Shown here piece by piece: positions 23,424 through 34,800 of a DNA stretch of 64,000 bases. Origin of the DNA: Camelus dromedarius (lineage: Eukaryota); the NCBI RefSeq assembly GCF_036321535.1, contig NC_087458.1, positions 1 through 64,000 on the forward strand, read 5' to 3'. Numbering within the stretch: position 1 is the stretch's first letter; the number at the start of each line of letters is the position of its first letter. The position numbers and the translations under genes are program-made. The notes under the pieces were generated by a model. The model did not search any database and was not told where the DNA came from. It saw nothing but the letters and a program-made list of their open reading frames with translations.

Positions 23424-24069
23424 GGTTGCGCCGGCTTGCTCTGTACGCGGCGGCGGGGCGCACCCTGACTACGTCACTGAGGCGCCGGCGCCGGCGTCAC
23501 GTGAGGCACGGGCCAGGGGCGGGCGCTCCCTGACTACGTCACCGAATCGCCGGAGCCCCGTGACGCACGGCCGGGGATGGACGGCCGCTGACTACGTCAC
23601 AGAGGTACTGGCGCTCCCTGATTGCGTCACAGAGGCGCCGGCACGCCGTGACGCACGGACCGGGGGACGGGTGCTTCCAGGCTACCTGACAGGGACACCA
23701 GCGCTGCCTGATTACATCACCGAAGCGCCGGAGACTCATGCACGGGCCGGGGCGGACGCTCCCTGATTACGTCACAGAGGCTCCGGAATTCTGTGACGCT
23801 TCGGCCGCCGGCGAGCGCTCGCTGGCAACATCACAGATGCGCCGGTACTCAGTGACATAAGGGCCAGAGGCGGGAGCTTCTTGACTACGTCACATAGATA
23901 CCAGCGCTTCCTGACTACGTCACCGAGGCGCCGGCGCGGCCGTGACGCGCGGGCCGGGGGCGGGCGCTCGTTACGTCAACCCCGCGCCGTCGCGGCCGTT
24001 ACGCGCAGGCCGGGCCGGGCCGGGCCGGGCCGGGACAGGACAGGGGCGGCGCCGCGGACCGGGCCCGGG
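23424..24069. promoter_or_regulatory. Bidirectional CpG-island promoter of CTU2 and RNF166
   Basis: 646 nt between divergent ATGs; CpG-rich; GC boxes (GGGCGG) and multiple CRE/ATF-like half sites. Confidence 0.9.
23460..23985. repeat. Degenerate ~30/59-bp tandem repeat carrying TGAYTACGTCAC
   Basis: Motif copies start at 23466, 23531, 23589, 23619, (23679), 23709, 23764, 23823, 23882, 23912, 23969, with shared flanks GCGCTCCC and AGAGGCGCCGG...GTGACGCACGGGCCGGGG. Confidence 0.85.
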
Positions 24070-27000
24070 ATGGCGATGTTCCGCAGCCTGGTGGCCTCGG
24101 CTCAGCAGCGGCAGCCGCCTGGCGGGCCCGCGGGCGGTGACAGCGGCCTGGAGGCGCAGTACAGCTGCCCCATCTGCCTGGAGGTCTACCACCGGCCGGT
24201 GGCCATCGGCAGCTGCGGCCACACGTGAGTGCGCCGGCCTCCGGGAGGCCGCGGGGTCGGGCGCCGCCGCGGGGAGGGCTCTGCAGACTCCCCGCGCAGC
24301 GCCTTTTCTGCATCCATCCGCCTCAGCCCAGCCTCCTGCCCGCCCGCCCCGGGTGCTCGATCCGACCCCCAGGTCGGCATATGGGGCCCACCTGCAGCCT
24401 TGCCTGGTCTCCGGTGCCCGGGGGTCGTTGACGGCCTCGGTGGGCCTCCCTGGGGACTCAGAGGGCAGCGGGCGCGACCTCTGCGCCGGTTGCTTTCGAT
24501 CTGATTTCGTGGAGACTGGGGTGGGCAGAGGTAAATAAATAACTTGTGACTTCTGCTGTCAACTCTTTTTCGAATCCGCTGTCTGCTTGTCTTGACTGCA
24601 GAGGAGAGAAGTTCCCTAAAGTTTAGGCATCGGCTTGTTTGAAGTCTGGCGCTATTTTGTTTTGATGGAGAACTTGGGTCACATCGGTCACTGAGCAAGC
24701 AGGCAGGCTGGCCCTCGGGATACCAGAAGCCACACACTTTGCTAGGGTTTCCATCTGTGCCATGGCCGAGTTGTTTCAGGAACAGACTCATGAGGATGTG
24801 GCTCTTCTAGCCAAGAGCTTCACTCAAGTCTGGGAGCTGCCAGCCTGGTTGGGAGGAGGCTGAGATCAGAGTGTCTGCTCTGCAACTCTCCCTAGTGCTG
24901 AATAATACAGCTCTTGAGTGAAATTAGCAGGGTGGAGAGAGGGGGCAGGAGGGCTTGGCTGCCAGCAGCTGCTGCGGAGGAGGTGGGGCCGAGGTGCACC
25001 CAGGCTGGTAGGAGGCCCTGGAACATTTTGCAAACAGAGGCATCTGACCTACGAGGTTCCTGATACAAAGAGGGAGCAGGGAGTTGGAACTGCTTGGGTG
25101 TGTGTGTAACTCTCATCACCCAGGGAGGCAGCAGGGATGGTGTCCGGAGCCAGGAAGGGCACACACGCGTGCACACATACACACACGTGCCGACAAGCAG
25201 CCCAGGCACCTGCCCACACCGGGAGACTTGCCTCAAAGGTGCTTTGCCTGCTTTTTCGTGCTGTTCGTGACCTTTCGGTAGGGGTGGCCTCTGAACAACA
25301 CTTGTCTCTTGTAAGTGGGTGTTTTAAGGTATGTTTAGCATCTTCCAGCCTATCATTGAGAGACGTGTAGGGCATGTCCCAGGCCTACTTTTAGAAAGCC
25401 TTTCCTAGGCTTTGGGTTGGTACCAACACTACCCCAGCCCCAGAATGTGGTGTTTCGGGTCTCCTGGTCAGCACAAATCTGTTTTCTCTCCCTTTTTTTC
25501 CAAATCAGTCTTTTCTTAAAAGGTGGTTTTCAGATTACAGAACTACAGAAGTTGTGGAGAAAGCTTGATCTACACACCCCCCGCCCCATGCTTTTCTTGG
25601 CAGAATCTGACACCTCTCTTTCCGGTTCTAAGGTTAGTTCTGGAGGAACCTCTTCAGCTTCTCCCTTAAAAAGACTTTCTCCCTGGTTCTACCTGCAGGC
25701 GTAAACAAACCTCCTGCCTGCTCTGTCTCTGCCTTGCACTTTCCCTAAGTTTCTTGTCCAGTGTTTCAAAGGCATGTGCACAGATGAACAAAAATGACTC
25801 CGAGGGTCGTGCCTCTCCTTTTACAAGGTTTGCTGGTGGCCTGATTCTGTCCCTCCGTGGCTCTCTGACTGGAAGCAGTTTCTTTCCACAAGATATGTTT
25901 TCTGATGGTGAGAGCAGCCCTGTCTGTGACCGGCACTTCTGCTCCAGCACCAGGCAGAGGGGCCAGGTTGTAGGGAGGGCTTTCGGGCAGGAGGCCGCTG
26001 GTAGGTATTGTGAAAGCGCTCCCAGGAACTCCCCAGGGCCCCAGAGGGAGCCAGTTAACTGTCACAGTCAGGGGACACCCTGGGCAGTGAGCCACATCCA
26101 GAACCAGACGCTACCCAGCTGTTTTTGACCCTCTGAGGAAGCCTCCCCCGAGGGCCAGTGTACGTTTGGGGTGGGGCTCTGTCCTGGCTGCCTCCGGCTT
26201 CTGTACCTCTTGTGTCATTCTCTCTGGTCAGCGTGTCACATCTGTCTCCCCGCCTGAGTGTCCCCTCGTGCTGTCTGTTAATGAACAGAGGTTGAAGAAC
26301 ATTAAGATGCTCATGTTTAAGGGAACCTGTTGGGAACAGTGATAACGGACGTTTTCGGAATCCTCCCTGTTCAGAGGTCCTGGGAGGCAGATGCTACATT
26401 ATTCTTTTTGTACAAGGAAAATGGGATCAGAGAGGCTGAGTGGAGTTCCCACGCATCCTGGCAAGGCTGCCAGGCCCTGGCCAGTCTCCCCTCGCCACCT
26501 TTAGCAGCTGTGCCCACCCCTCAGCTCCCCACGCTCCTGCAACAGAGCGTTTCCAGCCCCCTGCCGGGCTGCAGTCAGGCCAGTGAGCTGGCTTCTGTGC
26601 TCAGGGTCACAGGCCTCTGTCACTGCGCTCTGCTTCCTGAGAGGCCTGGGCCCATGGGCGGCTCACCTGCGTCTGTGCCTGAGTGAGCCGAGTCAGGGGG
26701 CCAGGACATGAGCGATTAGAAGCCCTTCCAGAAAAGGCTCAGGATGGCTCCAGGCACTGCCCAGCCTGCCAGCTTTCCCAGGTCACTGGTGCAGCTGCGC
26801 ATGTAGGAGGCTGGGCCAAGAGTGAGGTGCGTTGGCGGTGCCCATGGGCCTCCAGATAAAAAGCTGCTCCGCGCCAGCCCCTGGGGCCGGCGGGCGTTGG
26901 GGGCCAGCGAGGTGGTGCTGGAAACTAGGCCGCAGGCCAGGTGCTGTGTGGACACCTGATTCCGCCTCCATCTCCTCAGGGAGGGACACGAGACCTGCGG

Positions 27001-30000
27001 GCGGGCCAGGAGGCTAGGTCAGGCAGGGCTGTCTTGCTTCTCGAGACATCAGGCTTTTCTGTCTCCTCCCGCTGGGGGCACCCTGCGCCCCGACCCGAGG
27101 CCCACGATGGCTTGTCCCAAGTGCACTCCTGGGCCTCACCGAACGGCTTTAGGGAGATCCTGTTCCCTCATTTACCCTCGTCCCTCATGACACAACATCT
27201 CCAGGCACAGGGCCAAGAGGAGCCGGGGCAGGGGGGCCCGGGCACCGCCCCTTCTGTCACCATGCCTCTGCTCTGGCCAAGCCAGAGCCCTTCTTGAGTG
27301 GGGCGAGGGCACTGTCCCCAGGTTGGTGGCACTCACCTGGCCAACTTTGGCCCTGCCCCATCCAATGAGTCCGCAGCCCTGGGACCCTGCGGTTTCCTCT
27401 CTTGCCACTGTTAGCGATTTTACTCGCCAGAGCTTAGTAGGTGGGGGGTCTCCAGGGTCCCCCATGCTGTCCTGGAGCCCCCTGAGGTGTTGGCATCACC
27501 ACGTGGCAGTGAGACTGGTAGGCTGAGCCCTGGGCCACCTTCTGCAGCGAGAGCTGCTGCTGGGACCAGGGCTGTGGGGCCAGCTCGGGACCTGGGGAGC
27601 CACAGCCACAGCTCGGCCTGCATCGCAGGGTCCAGCAGGGGTCTCAAAGCCCACAGCTCGGTGGGTACCTGGGGTCATCTTTTAGCCAGATGGCGTCTGA
27701 CCGGCCAGCAGGACTCAGGCAGAGTGACCGCTGCCAGAGTGAGCCGCAGCCCTCAGGCCCACGTCCCGCCCCTGCAGGTTCTGCGGGGAGTGCCTCCAGC
27801 CCTGCCTGCAGGTGCCGTCCCCTCTGTGCCCGCTCTGCCGCCTGCCCTTCGACCCCAAGAAGGTGGACAAGGCCACCCACGTGGAGAAGCAGCTCTCATC
27901 CTGCAAGGCGCCCTGCCGGGGCTGCAGTAAGAAGGTACCCCCCAGCCCCAGGCCCCTGGCGGGAAGGGCTGGATGGGGCAGCTCTGACCGGGTTCCGCTC
28001 ACCAGCACGAGGAACTAGGTGCGTGCCTCCCTTCCCGTTGAGCAACTGGCCACTCCCCTGGCTTCTGGCGGGCCTTCCCCCACACTGGGTGGGCCTAGCC
28101 TAGGCGCTGAGCTGAAGCCCACCCTGGACACCCCAGTGACCTGCCCCCTGCAGGTGATGCCAGAGGGGAGGGCGGTGGGGACAGCAGACGGGGCCGCGGG
28201 CAGAACTGGGAGCTGAGGGCTGTTCCCTCCGGCAGCAGAGCCCCCCCGCCTCACTGCTCCCTCCGGGTGGATGCAGTGCCTCCCGCTGGACCCAGCCCAG
28301 GAACAGAGTTTGAACTTAGCTTTCAGATTTCACCATCTCTCGGGTTAACGAGTTCTACCATCTTACCACATAGGAAGCAGCCCCTGGTTGCTCAGTCCTC
28401 AAGGTCAAAGATCTGATTGTCCAGGGGCTGCCCTGGGCCTCCTTTGAGCTCCGGTGCTGCCCCCTCCTGGTGGGAGAACAGAGCAGGTCCCTGTGTGAGG
28501 CGGCCCTGCCCACAGCCTCAGTGCTGTGGGTCTGCCCGGGTGTGCAGGCCCAGAGGGGCAGGCCTCACTTGGTGCCCAGCCCTGTGCCAGCAGGACCTCC
28601 TCCTGTAGCCCAGACGCCTGGCTCAGCCCCTCACTGCTTCCTTGGTTCTATGAAGCGGCTTCCTGCTAGTGAGGTGTCTGCCCCCGGCCTCTCAGCACCT
28701 TCACCTGGCAGGATCAGTGGCGCCCATCCCCAGGGTGGGCTGACCGGGCCTGTCCTACCTCCTGGCTCCCTGTCTGCTCACGGGAGCCAGTGCCTCTTCC
28801 CTGTGCTGCTCTGAGATGGTCCCACCTTCAGCCAGAGTGGCAGCCGAGAAGGTCCTGTTTTATTTGGTTTTCTACTTCTTGGTAAGGAGTTTGACTGTCT
28901 ACAAGGACCTTGCCTGTTGGCTCCCGTTACTAGGGTATTTTTTCCCAAATAAACACTCTTCCTGGTCCCTCGTGAGCTGCCCCTCCCTTCCGCAGCTCCC
29001 CAGGGACCACAGCAGGGCTGCTCCCATCCAGTGGCTGGTGGCCGACTGCCCCCTGCATGGCTGCAGCTGAGAACCGTGAGCACCAGCTTCTGGTGCAGCT
29101 CAGTGGTGCGTCTGGGATCCGGAGTCCCCTTCTCCTGGTGTGTCTTCTCCAACAGGGGTGCTCGGCCCCCAAGGGAGCCTCCGGAACCCGCTCACGCAGC
29201 ACTGCTGGCTCAGGCGTCAGGAGCTGGACCAGCCCAGCTCGCTGCCAGCGGCCCTTGTCCTCCACTGCCTGACCCCTTCTCTCCTCCGCATCCTCATCCT
29301 AGGTGACGCTGGCGAAGATGAGGGTGCACATTTCCTCCTGCGTGAAGGTCCAGGAGCAGATGGCCAACTGTCCCAAGTTCGTCCCCGTGGTGCCCACGTC
29401 CCAGCCCATTCCCAGGTAGGCCGCCTTGCCTGGCGCCCAGAGTCCCCACCCTTTGTGGGGCAGCTCCTGGCCAACGTCAAGGGGAAGATGGGAGGGCTGC
29501 CATGTCCCCTCTGTGGGGGGGATCACCGCCTGCACATAGGAGACCCAGGAGGGCCCAGGCCAGGCCCACGGTCACCTCCCAGCAGGGGAGTGTGGTCCGC
29601 AGACAGGCCGGGACTGGATAGACACTCCCTCTCAGGGCAGGAGGCAGGAGGGCCGGTCTCTGCCACTGGCTCAGCCATGTCTGGGAAGGAGAGGGGCCAG
29701 GAGGTGACTAGGTGGGAGCTGCAGTGGGGTGCACCGAGGAGGGCGGGCCGGCCGGGCTGTTGGAGGGCGGCACTGCGCTGACCCCGCCCCGCCCNNNNNN
29801 NNNNNNNNNNNNNNNNNNNNNNNNNNNNNNNNNNNNNNNNNNNNNNNNNNNNNNNNNNNNNNNNNNNNNNNNNNNNNNNNNNNNNNNNNNNNNNNNNNNN
29901 NNNNNNNNNNNNNNNNNNNNNNNNNNCGACCCCTGCTGGGGTGCAGGGAGCCATGCCCGCCGCAGGCCCTCGGGGCTCACCCTTGCCCGCTGCGTTGCAG

Positions 30001-30969
30001 GTGTGCCCCGTCTGCTCGGCCATGCCCTGGGGCGACCCCAGCTACAAGAGTGCCAACTTCCTACAGCACCTGCTCCACCGGCACAAGTTCTCCTACGACA
30101 CTTTCGTGGTGGGTGCCCCCCCCGCCCTCTGCGGTGTCTGTGGCAGCCGCCTGCAGGGGGGTGCTGGTGGCAGTCAGATCCGTGTGGCCACTAGGGGCCC
30201 CGGGGCTCTGGGTCTGTTCACAGCAGGCCCACGGGGGACCCCTCTGTCCTGCGGTCCCTCAGCGCCAGGCCAGCGAGCTCACCTCACCTGGGCCCATTCT
30301 CTGGGAGAGGCACCATCACAGGGGCCCCATCTCCCCAGCTGTGCATGGGGCCTCAGGACAGAGACCCCTCTAGAGGGGATGCGTTCCCTCTGGGGCCTGG
30401 TAGAGAAGGTTCCACCAGACTCCCGTTGCCTTGAAAACCTCGGCTCTTCCTCCGCGCCCATGGCCTCTGGCCCACAGACCTGCCCTGGCTGTACGGCCTG
30501 GCCTGACTCCCACCCCAACCAGCCTCCGGGCCCCGTAGGGTCAGCACCCCCCCCCCCAATCTGTGCCTGGTCCTGATGGCTGGAGGCCACGGGGAGCTCT
30601 GGCTTCTCGACTTGCCTCAAGACCCTGTTCCTGAGTCTCTCATTCCATGTGTCCACCCCACACCGTCCGCTCAGCCCTCAGTCACTGGGCATGGTATCTG
30701 TGGGCAGCTCACTGCACAGACCTCGGCGGAAGCCAGACACCGTCCCCACAGAGAGGCTGCCTGGTGGTGCCGGGACCCCGTGACCATGCAGGGCTGGAAG
30801 GGAGCCGGGGACCTGGATGTGGCAGTGCTGGTCTGTTGGAGGTGACGGGACAGGGAGGAAGCCCTGAGAGGCCACTAGCACAGCCTGGCTCCTTGCCTTC
30901 CAGGACTATAGCATCGATGAGGAAGCCGCCTTCCAGGCTGCCCTGGCCCTGTCCCTCTCCGAGAACTGA
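24070..30969 (+). CDS. RNF166: E3 ubiquitin ligase RING finger protein 166 (RING-C2HC-2xC2H2-UIM); exon 4 not visible
   Basis: Exons 24070-24224 ([15 protein letters not shown]...[20 protein letters not shown]), 27778-27934 ([21 protein letters not shown]), 29303-29415 ([13 protein letters not shown]), [exon 4 expected in the gap 29795-29926], 30001-30108 ([20 protein letters not shown]), 30904-30969 ([24 protein letters not shown]). Confidence 0.95.
29795..29926. other. Assembly gap (132 N)
   Basis: Run of N flanked by GC-rich sequence, at the position of RNF166 exon 4. Confidence 0.99.
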
Positions 30970-31808
30970 GGGCGCAGCCCTGGACGAGCCCTCCTGCTGG
31001 AGGGACAGGGCCCTGCCCGCTCGAGGGAAGGAGCCTCGAGGGCCGGGGGAGCCTCACTGTGGCAGGAAGGGAGGCCGCCGTCCGGCTGCCAGGGCTCTGC
31101 TAAGCGTCGCTGGCTCTGCGGTGCTTTGAGCTGAGCAGGTGGCCTCGCGGGACCGGCCGCGGGACCGAGCACAGCCAGCCGTCTGCGTCTCAAAGCCATG
31201 CCGTCCTCTGCTGCCGGGAGGACTGTTGGGGCCCTGCCGCTGAGCAGGGACGCGCAGAGGGGCACCCAGCCCAGCCCCGGCCTGCTCCCCCCCTGCACTC
31301 GGTACTGGCCTCTGCGGTCCCTCGAGATCCTGGCACTTTTCTACATTATCCAGCGCGATGACCTTTTCACGTTTTTAGAACAAAGATAAAGCAGTCACTC
31401 TTCATGCTGCAATCTCTGTGTTTGACTAGGAACAATAGTATTTTTATGGAACATTTACAAAATTATATTTTTTAAAAAACAAAAGTGAACAATCGCAGGA
31501 ATGAGCAGGGTCTCGCTGTGTGTGGGGCCAAGGCGGCCACGAGCCTCGGTCACTGCGACGTCTCCCTGTGGTAACAACCAGAAGAAAGCCCAGCGCCCAG
31601 CCACTGGGGGTGGAGCTGGTCTGCTCCTGGCCTCGGCCCCGCTGTCACTGTCCCAAAGTGGACCACGTGTCCCCCTCCCTCGGCAGGCCCGCCTCCGTGG
31701 TGGCGGGGCGCAGCGGCCTGGGCAGCGGCGGGTCGGGCCAGAAAACGCTCGTCAGTGCTCCCGTTTCGTTCATGGCATAAGTTATTTCTGTCTTTCAAAA
31801 AAATTTAA

Positions 31809-31814
31809 ATAAAA
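31809..31814 (+). terminator. RNF166 poly(A) signal AATAAA
   Basis: Canonical hexamer about 840 nt after the stop codon, at the end of AT-rich 3'UTR blocks. Confidence 0.8.
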
Positions 31815-34800
31815 CGTTTCAAAGCATCTCTTGTGTCCCGGACCCATGCGTTTCTTCAGCCAGTATTCAGAGCAGAGGGCTGGAGTCCTGCTCAAGGCCC
31901 ACGGGTGTGCATCCATCCCTGGCGGCCCCGCCCAGGAGGAGCTGAGCCGCCTCCCCCAGGCCCTCTCACCCGCCCTTCGGCCCCTCCCTGTGACAAGCTC
32001 AGGCCCAGGTTTGCTGGACAGCAGCTCTCACCTCCTTCCTTGTCTGGAGACGGGGTCCGCCTGAGGCCGGCAGGCAGGGTACCTTCCCACACCTCCCGTT
32101 GTCCAGGACCTGTCCCTTCTTCCCCCGGAGCCAGCAGCACGTAGGTCTGGGACACGCAGCGGCTGTGGTTCTGGGCTGTCACTCAGGCTGCATCCCACCC
32201 CCACTCCCGTTCCCACTGGGACAGCCCCACCTGCAGGGGTTCAACCTGGGCCTTGAGCCCTCAGAGCGGGGCTGCCAGCCACGCCTGTCCACCCCGAGGG
32301 CCGCCTGCCACCTGCCCACCACCTTGGGAAAGGACAGCACTGTTACCACATGCCCTCGTGGCCCTTGCTGCCCTGGAGGAGGCTCCAGGGCTGTCCGGGC
32401 AGGTCCTGACCTCACCAGTGCCCTCGGGGAGGTGATGCTCCAGTGACTGTCCTCACCCTGTGGGGCCCTGGCAGCCATCACATCACCACAGCGGGGCCCC
32501 AGGAGGGAGTGGGAGGAGCCAGGTGCACCTTTACGTTGTCTGACACAGGAACAGGCTGTGGCAAGTCCCTGCCTCTGCGCGAGGGTGCCTGCCAAGCTCG
32601 GCCCCTCCAGGCAGCTCAGTGTGGCCACAGAGGCCAGAGCCACAGGCAGCATCCATGCATGTTCTCCATCTCGTCCCTTCCACCCTGGCACACGGGCACA
32701 CGCCGCTCGGTGACCAGGGGTCCAGGACAGATGACCCAGGTGGCGGCCATCAGAGTGAACCCGGTGCAGGGGTTGTCCACAGGGGAGCTGGGTCTGGGCA
32801 GACCCCACCGCGTCAGGTGGGGATGCCTCTGGCTGAACCAGCAGGAAGCTGCTTTCAGTTTGGATGAAACTGCAGCTGGAGCCCAAGGTTGAGCCCCTGT
32901 GGGTGGGGCTGTCCCAGTGGGAACGGGAGGCCGGCACCACTGCTGGTCGGCGCTCCCCACTCCACAGCTCAGGTCACGGGCCACTAGCTCCAGGCTGCCG
33001 CTCCTGGAGCCAAGGTCTCCCTCTCACCAGACACGTGCGAGGACAGACCATCCTCCATAGCGCATCTTCGCAGCACAAAGCCAGAAGGCCCTCACGCCCA
33101 CAAGGCCCAGGCCCCGACACCTGGGTGGCCCTGAGTGAGGGCCACACGCCCTCTCCTCCCAAGTCACACAGCAGCAGGGGGAGTCCGCACACAGCATGCT
33201 GCCCAGAAGGCGCCTCTGTGTCCCCGGGGACCTGTGACCTTCACCGTTGGGAAGAGGACAGGCGGGCAGCTCTCCTGGAGGCAGGATGCCTGGAGCAAAG
33301 AGCGCCTCCCCCAGGCCGACCAGCTCCCTCCACTAGCCCCAGGACTCCCGAGAACGGGCCACAGTTGTCAATCTGGGTCTTGCAGAGCCACTGACCCAAG
33401 CTCTTGGGGCCCCTCTTTCAGGCTCATGCACCCTGGGGGGTGGGCCGAAGTCCCGGCTCCTGTTTCACAGGTGAAGAAAGAGATTCTGAAGCCTGCTGAC
33501 GTGGCCCACGGCCCACTCATGCTTCCTACTCGCTGACACAGCTGGGGTCAGGGCCCCGGGCACCCCTCCCACGGTGCAGACACCAGGCCTGGCACCTCCT
33601 TCCATGAGACACCAGGGTGCCCCCAGCCCTGCCCGCTCGGGGGAAGGAGCCTTCACTCACTCACCTCGAGGCACCAGGAGCTGACAGGCCCGAAGGAGAA
33701 GAGGGAGCCCGCAGGGCGGGATGGGCTTCGCGGGGTGAGAGGAAAGACTGCGTCCGGCCTCCCCCACCCCAAGCCTGAGGCAAAGGGCCAGCGACTGGGG
33801 TGGGAAGGAGGCCCTCACGGCTGAGGTGCGGGCAGCGGGGCGCTGAGGCTGGGCTTCTCCTGAGCGAAGGGCAGAGGAGGCAGGAGCCTGGAGACCCACG
33901 TGGACGCACGTCTCTCGGGTGGAGTCTGCCCCCTGGGACCTCGGGAGGCACTGGGGCGGGGGCGAGCACAGGAGCAGGCAGCTGGGGAGCAATCAGCACC
34001 CACGCGGTGTTTTGCTAGAAACTCTTAGCACATTTGGTGCGTGGATTTGAAGGGCTGTGGTCAGTCTTGAACTGACAGCCTCACCCCAAATCACACCCTC
34101 TCCTCAGGGCATCCTGCACCCAGAGACAACTGACACGAGGGAGGAAAGCCGTGGACCCTCGCCACAACCCAAGACGACTCTGAAGGTCTGCCCCGGCCCC
34201 TGCAGCCTCGGGGGCCTTGGCCGGCAGGGAGAAGCACGGACCTGACCCCCCGAGGAGCCCAAGCTCCAGGGAGGGCAGGTGGCGACGTGGGACCGTCAGG
34301 TATCCCATGGTGACAGGCAGCCGGCCTTGCTGCCTGTCAGCAGTTCCCACCTGCTGGGAACGAGGGAGGGCCCGGCTCCACGTGAGGACGGGTAAGAGGC
34401 TTGGAGAGGGCGCCGCGGGGTTCGGAGCACATCCTCCCCTCCAGGCCCTGGGCTCACCCGCTGAAGCCTCACTTCTGTGTCACTCAGGAATAGCTCCTGT
34501 GACCTCACACACACAGACGTGCGTGGACACACACGTGTGTGCGTGCACACCAGGGTGCAGGCCTGCACGCACGCTGACGCACATGCACACACAGTGTGTC
34601 CCTCCTTGGCCCTCAGGTCACCTTCCGCAGCTCAGCGTCTGGGACTCTGCTGTGCGTCACGGCTGCAGGTGAAGTGCCAGTGTCAGAGGCCCCACATCGC
34701 ACAGGGTGTGCCCACTGAACCCCAGTTTGAGAATAAGTGTCGCCTCTAACAACCGGGCGCCAAACGGGACCAGGCAGCTGTAAGCGGTAATGAATCCCCC

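Noticed and set aside
23422-23766. 114-aa ORF with repeated PDYVTEAP-like peptides (also 23881-24228)
   Set aside because: It is the translation of the promoter tandem repeat, starts at a GTG-type codon overlapping the CTU2 start, and has no splice or family support.
23460-23985. Repeat-spacer pattern superficially like a CRISPR array
   Set aside because: Mammalian promoter context, degenerate repeats, mutually related spacers and no cas genes.
29523-30373. ORFs spanning the N gap
   Set aside because: Artefacts of translating through unknown bases.
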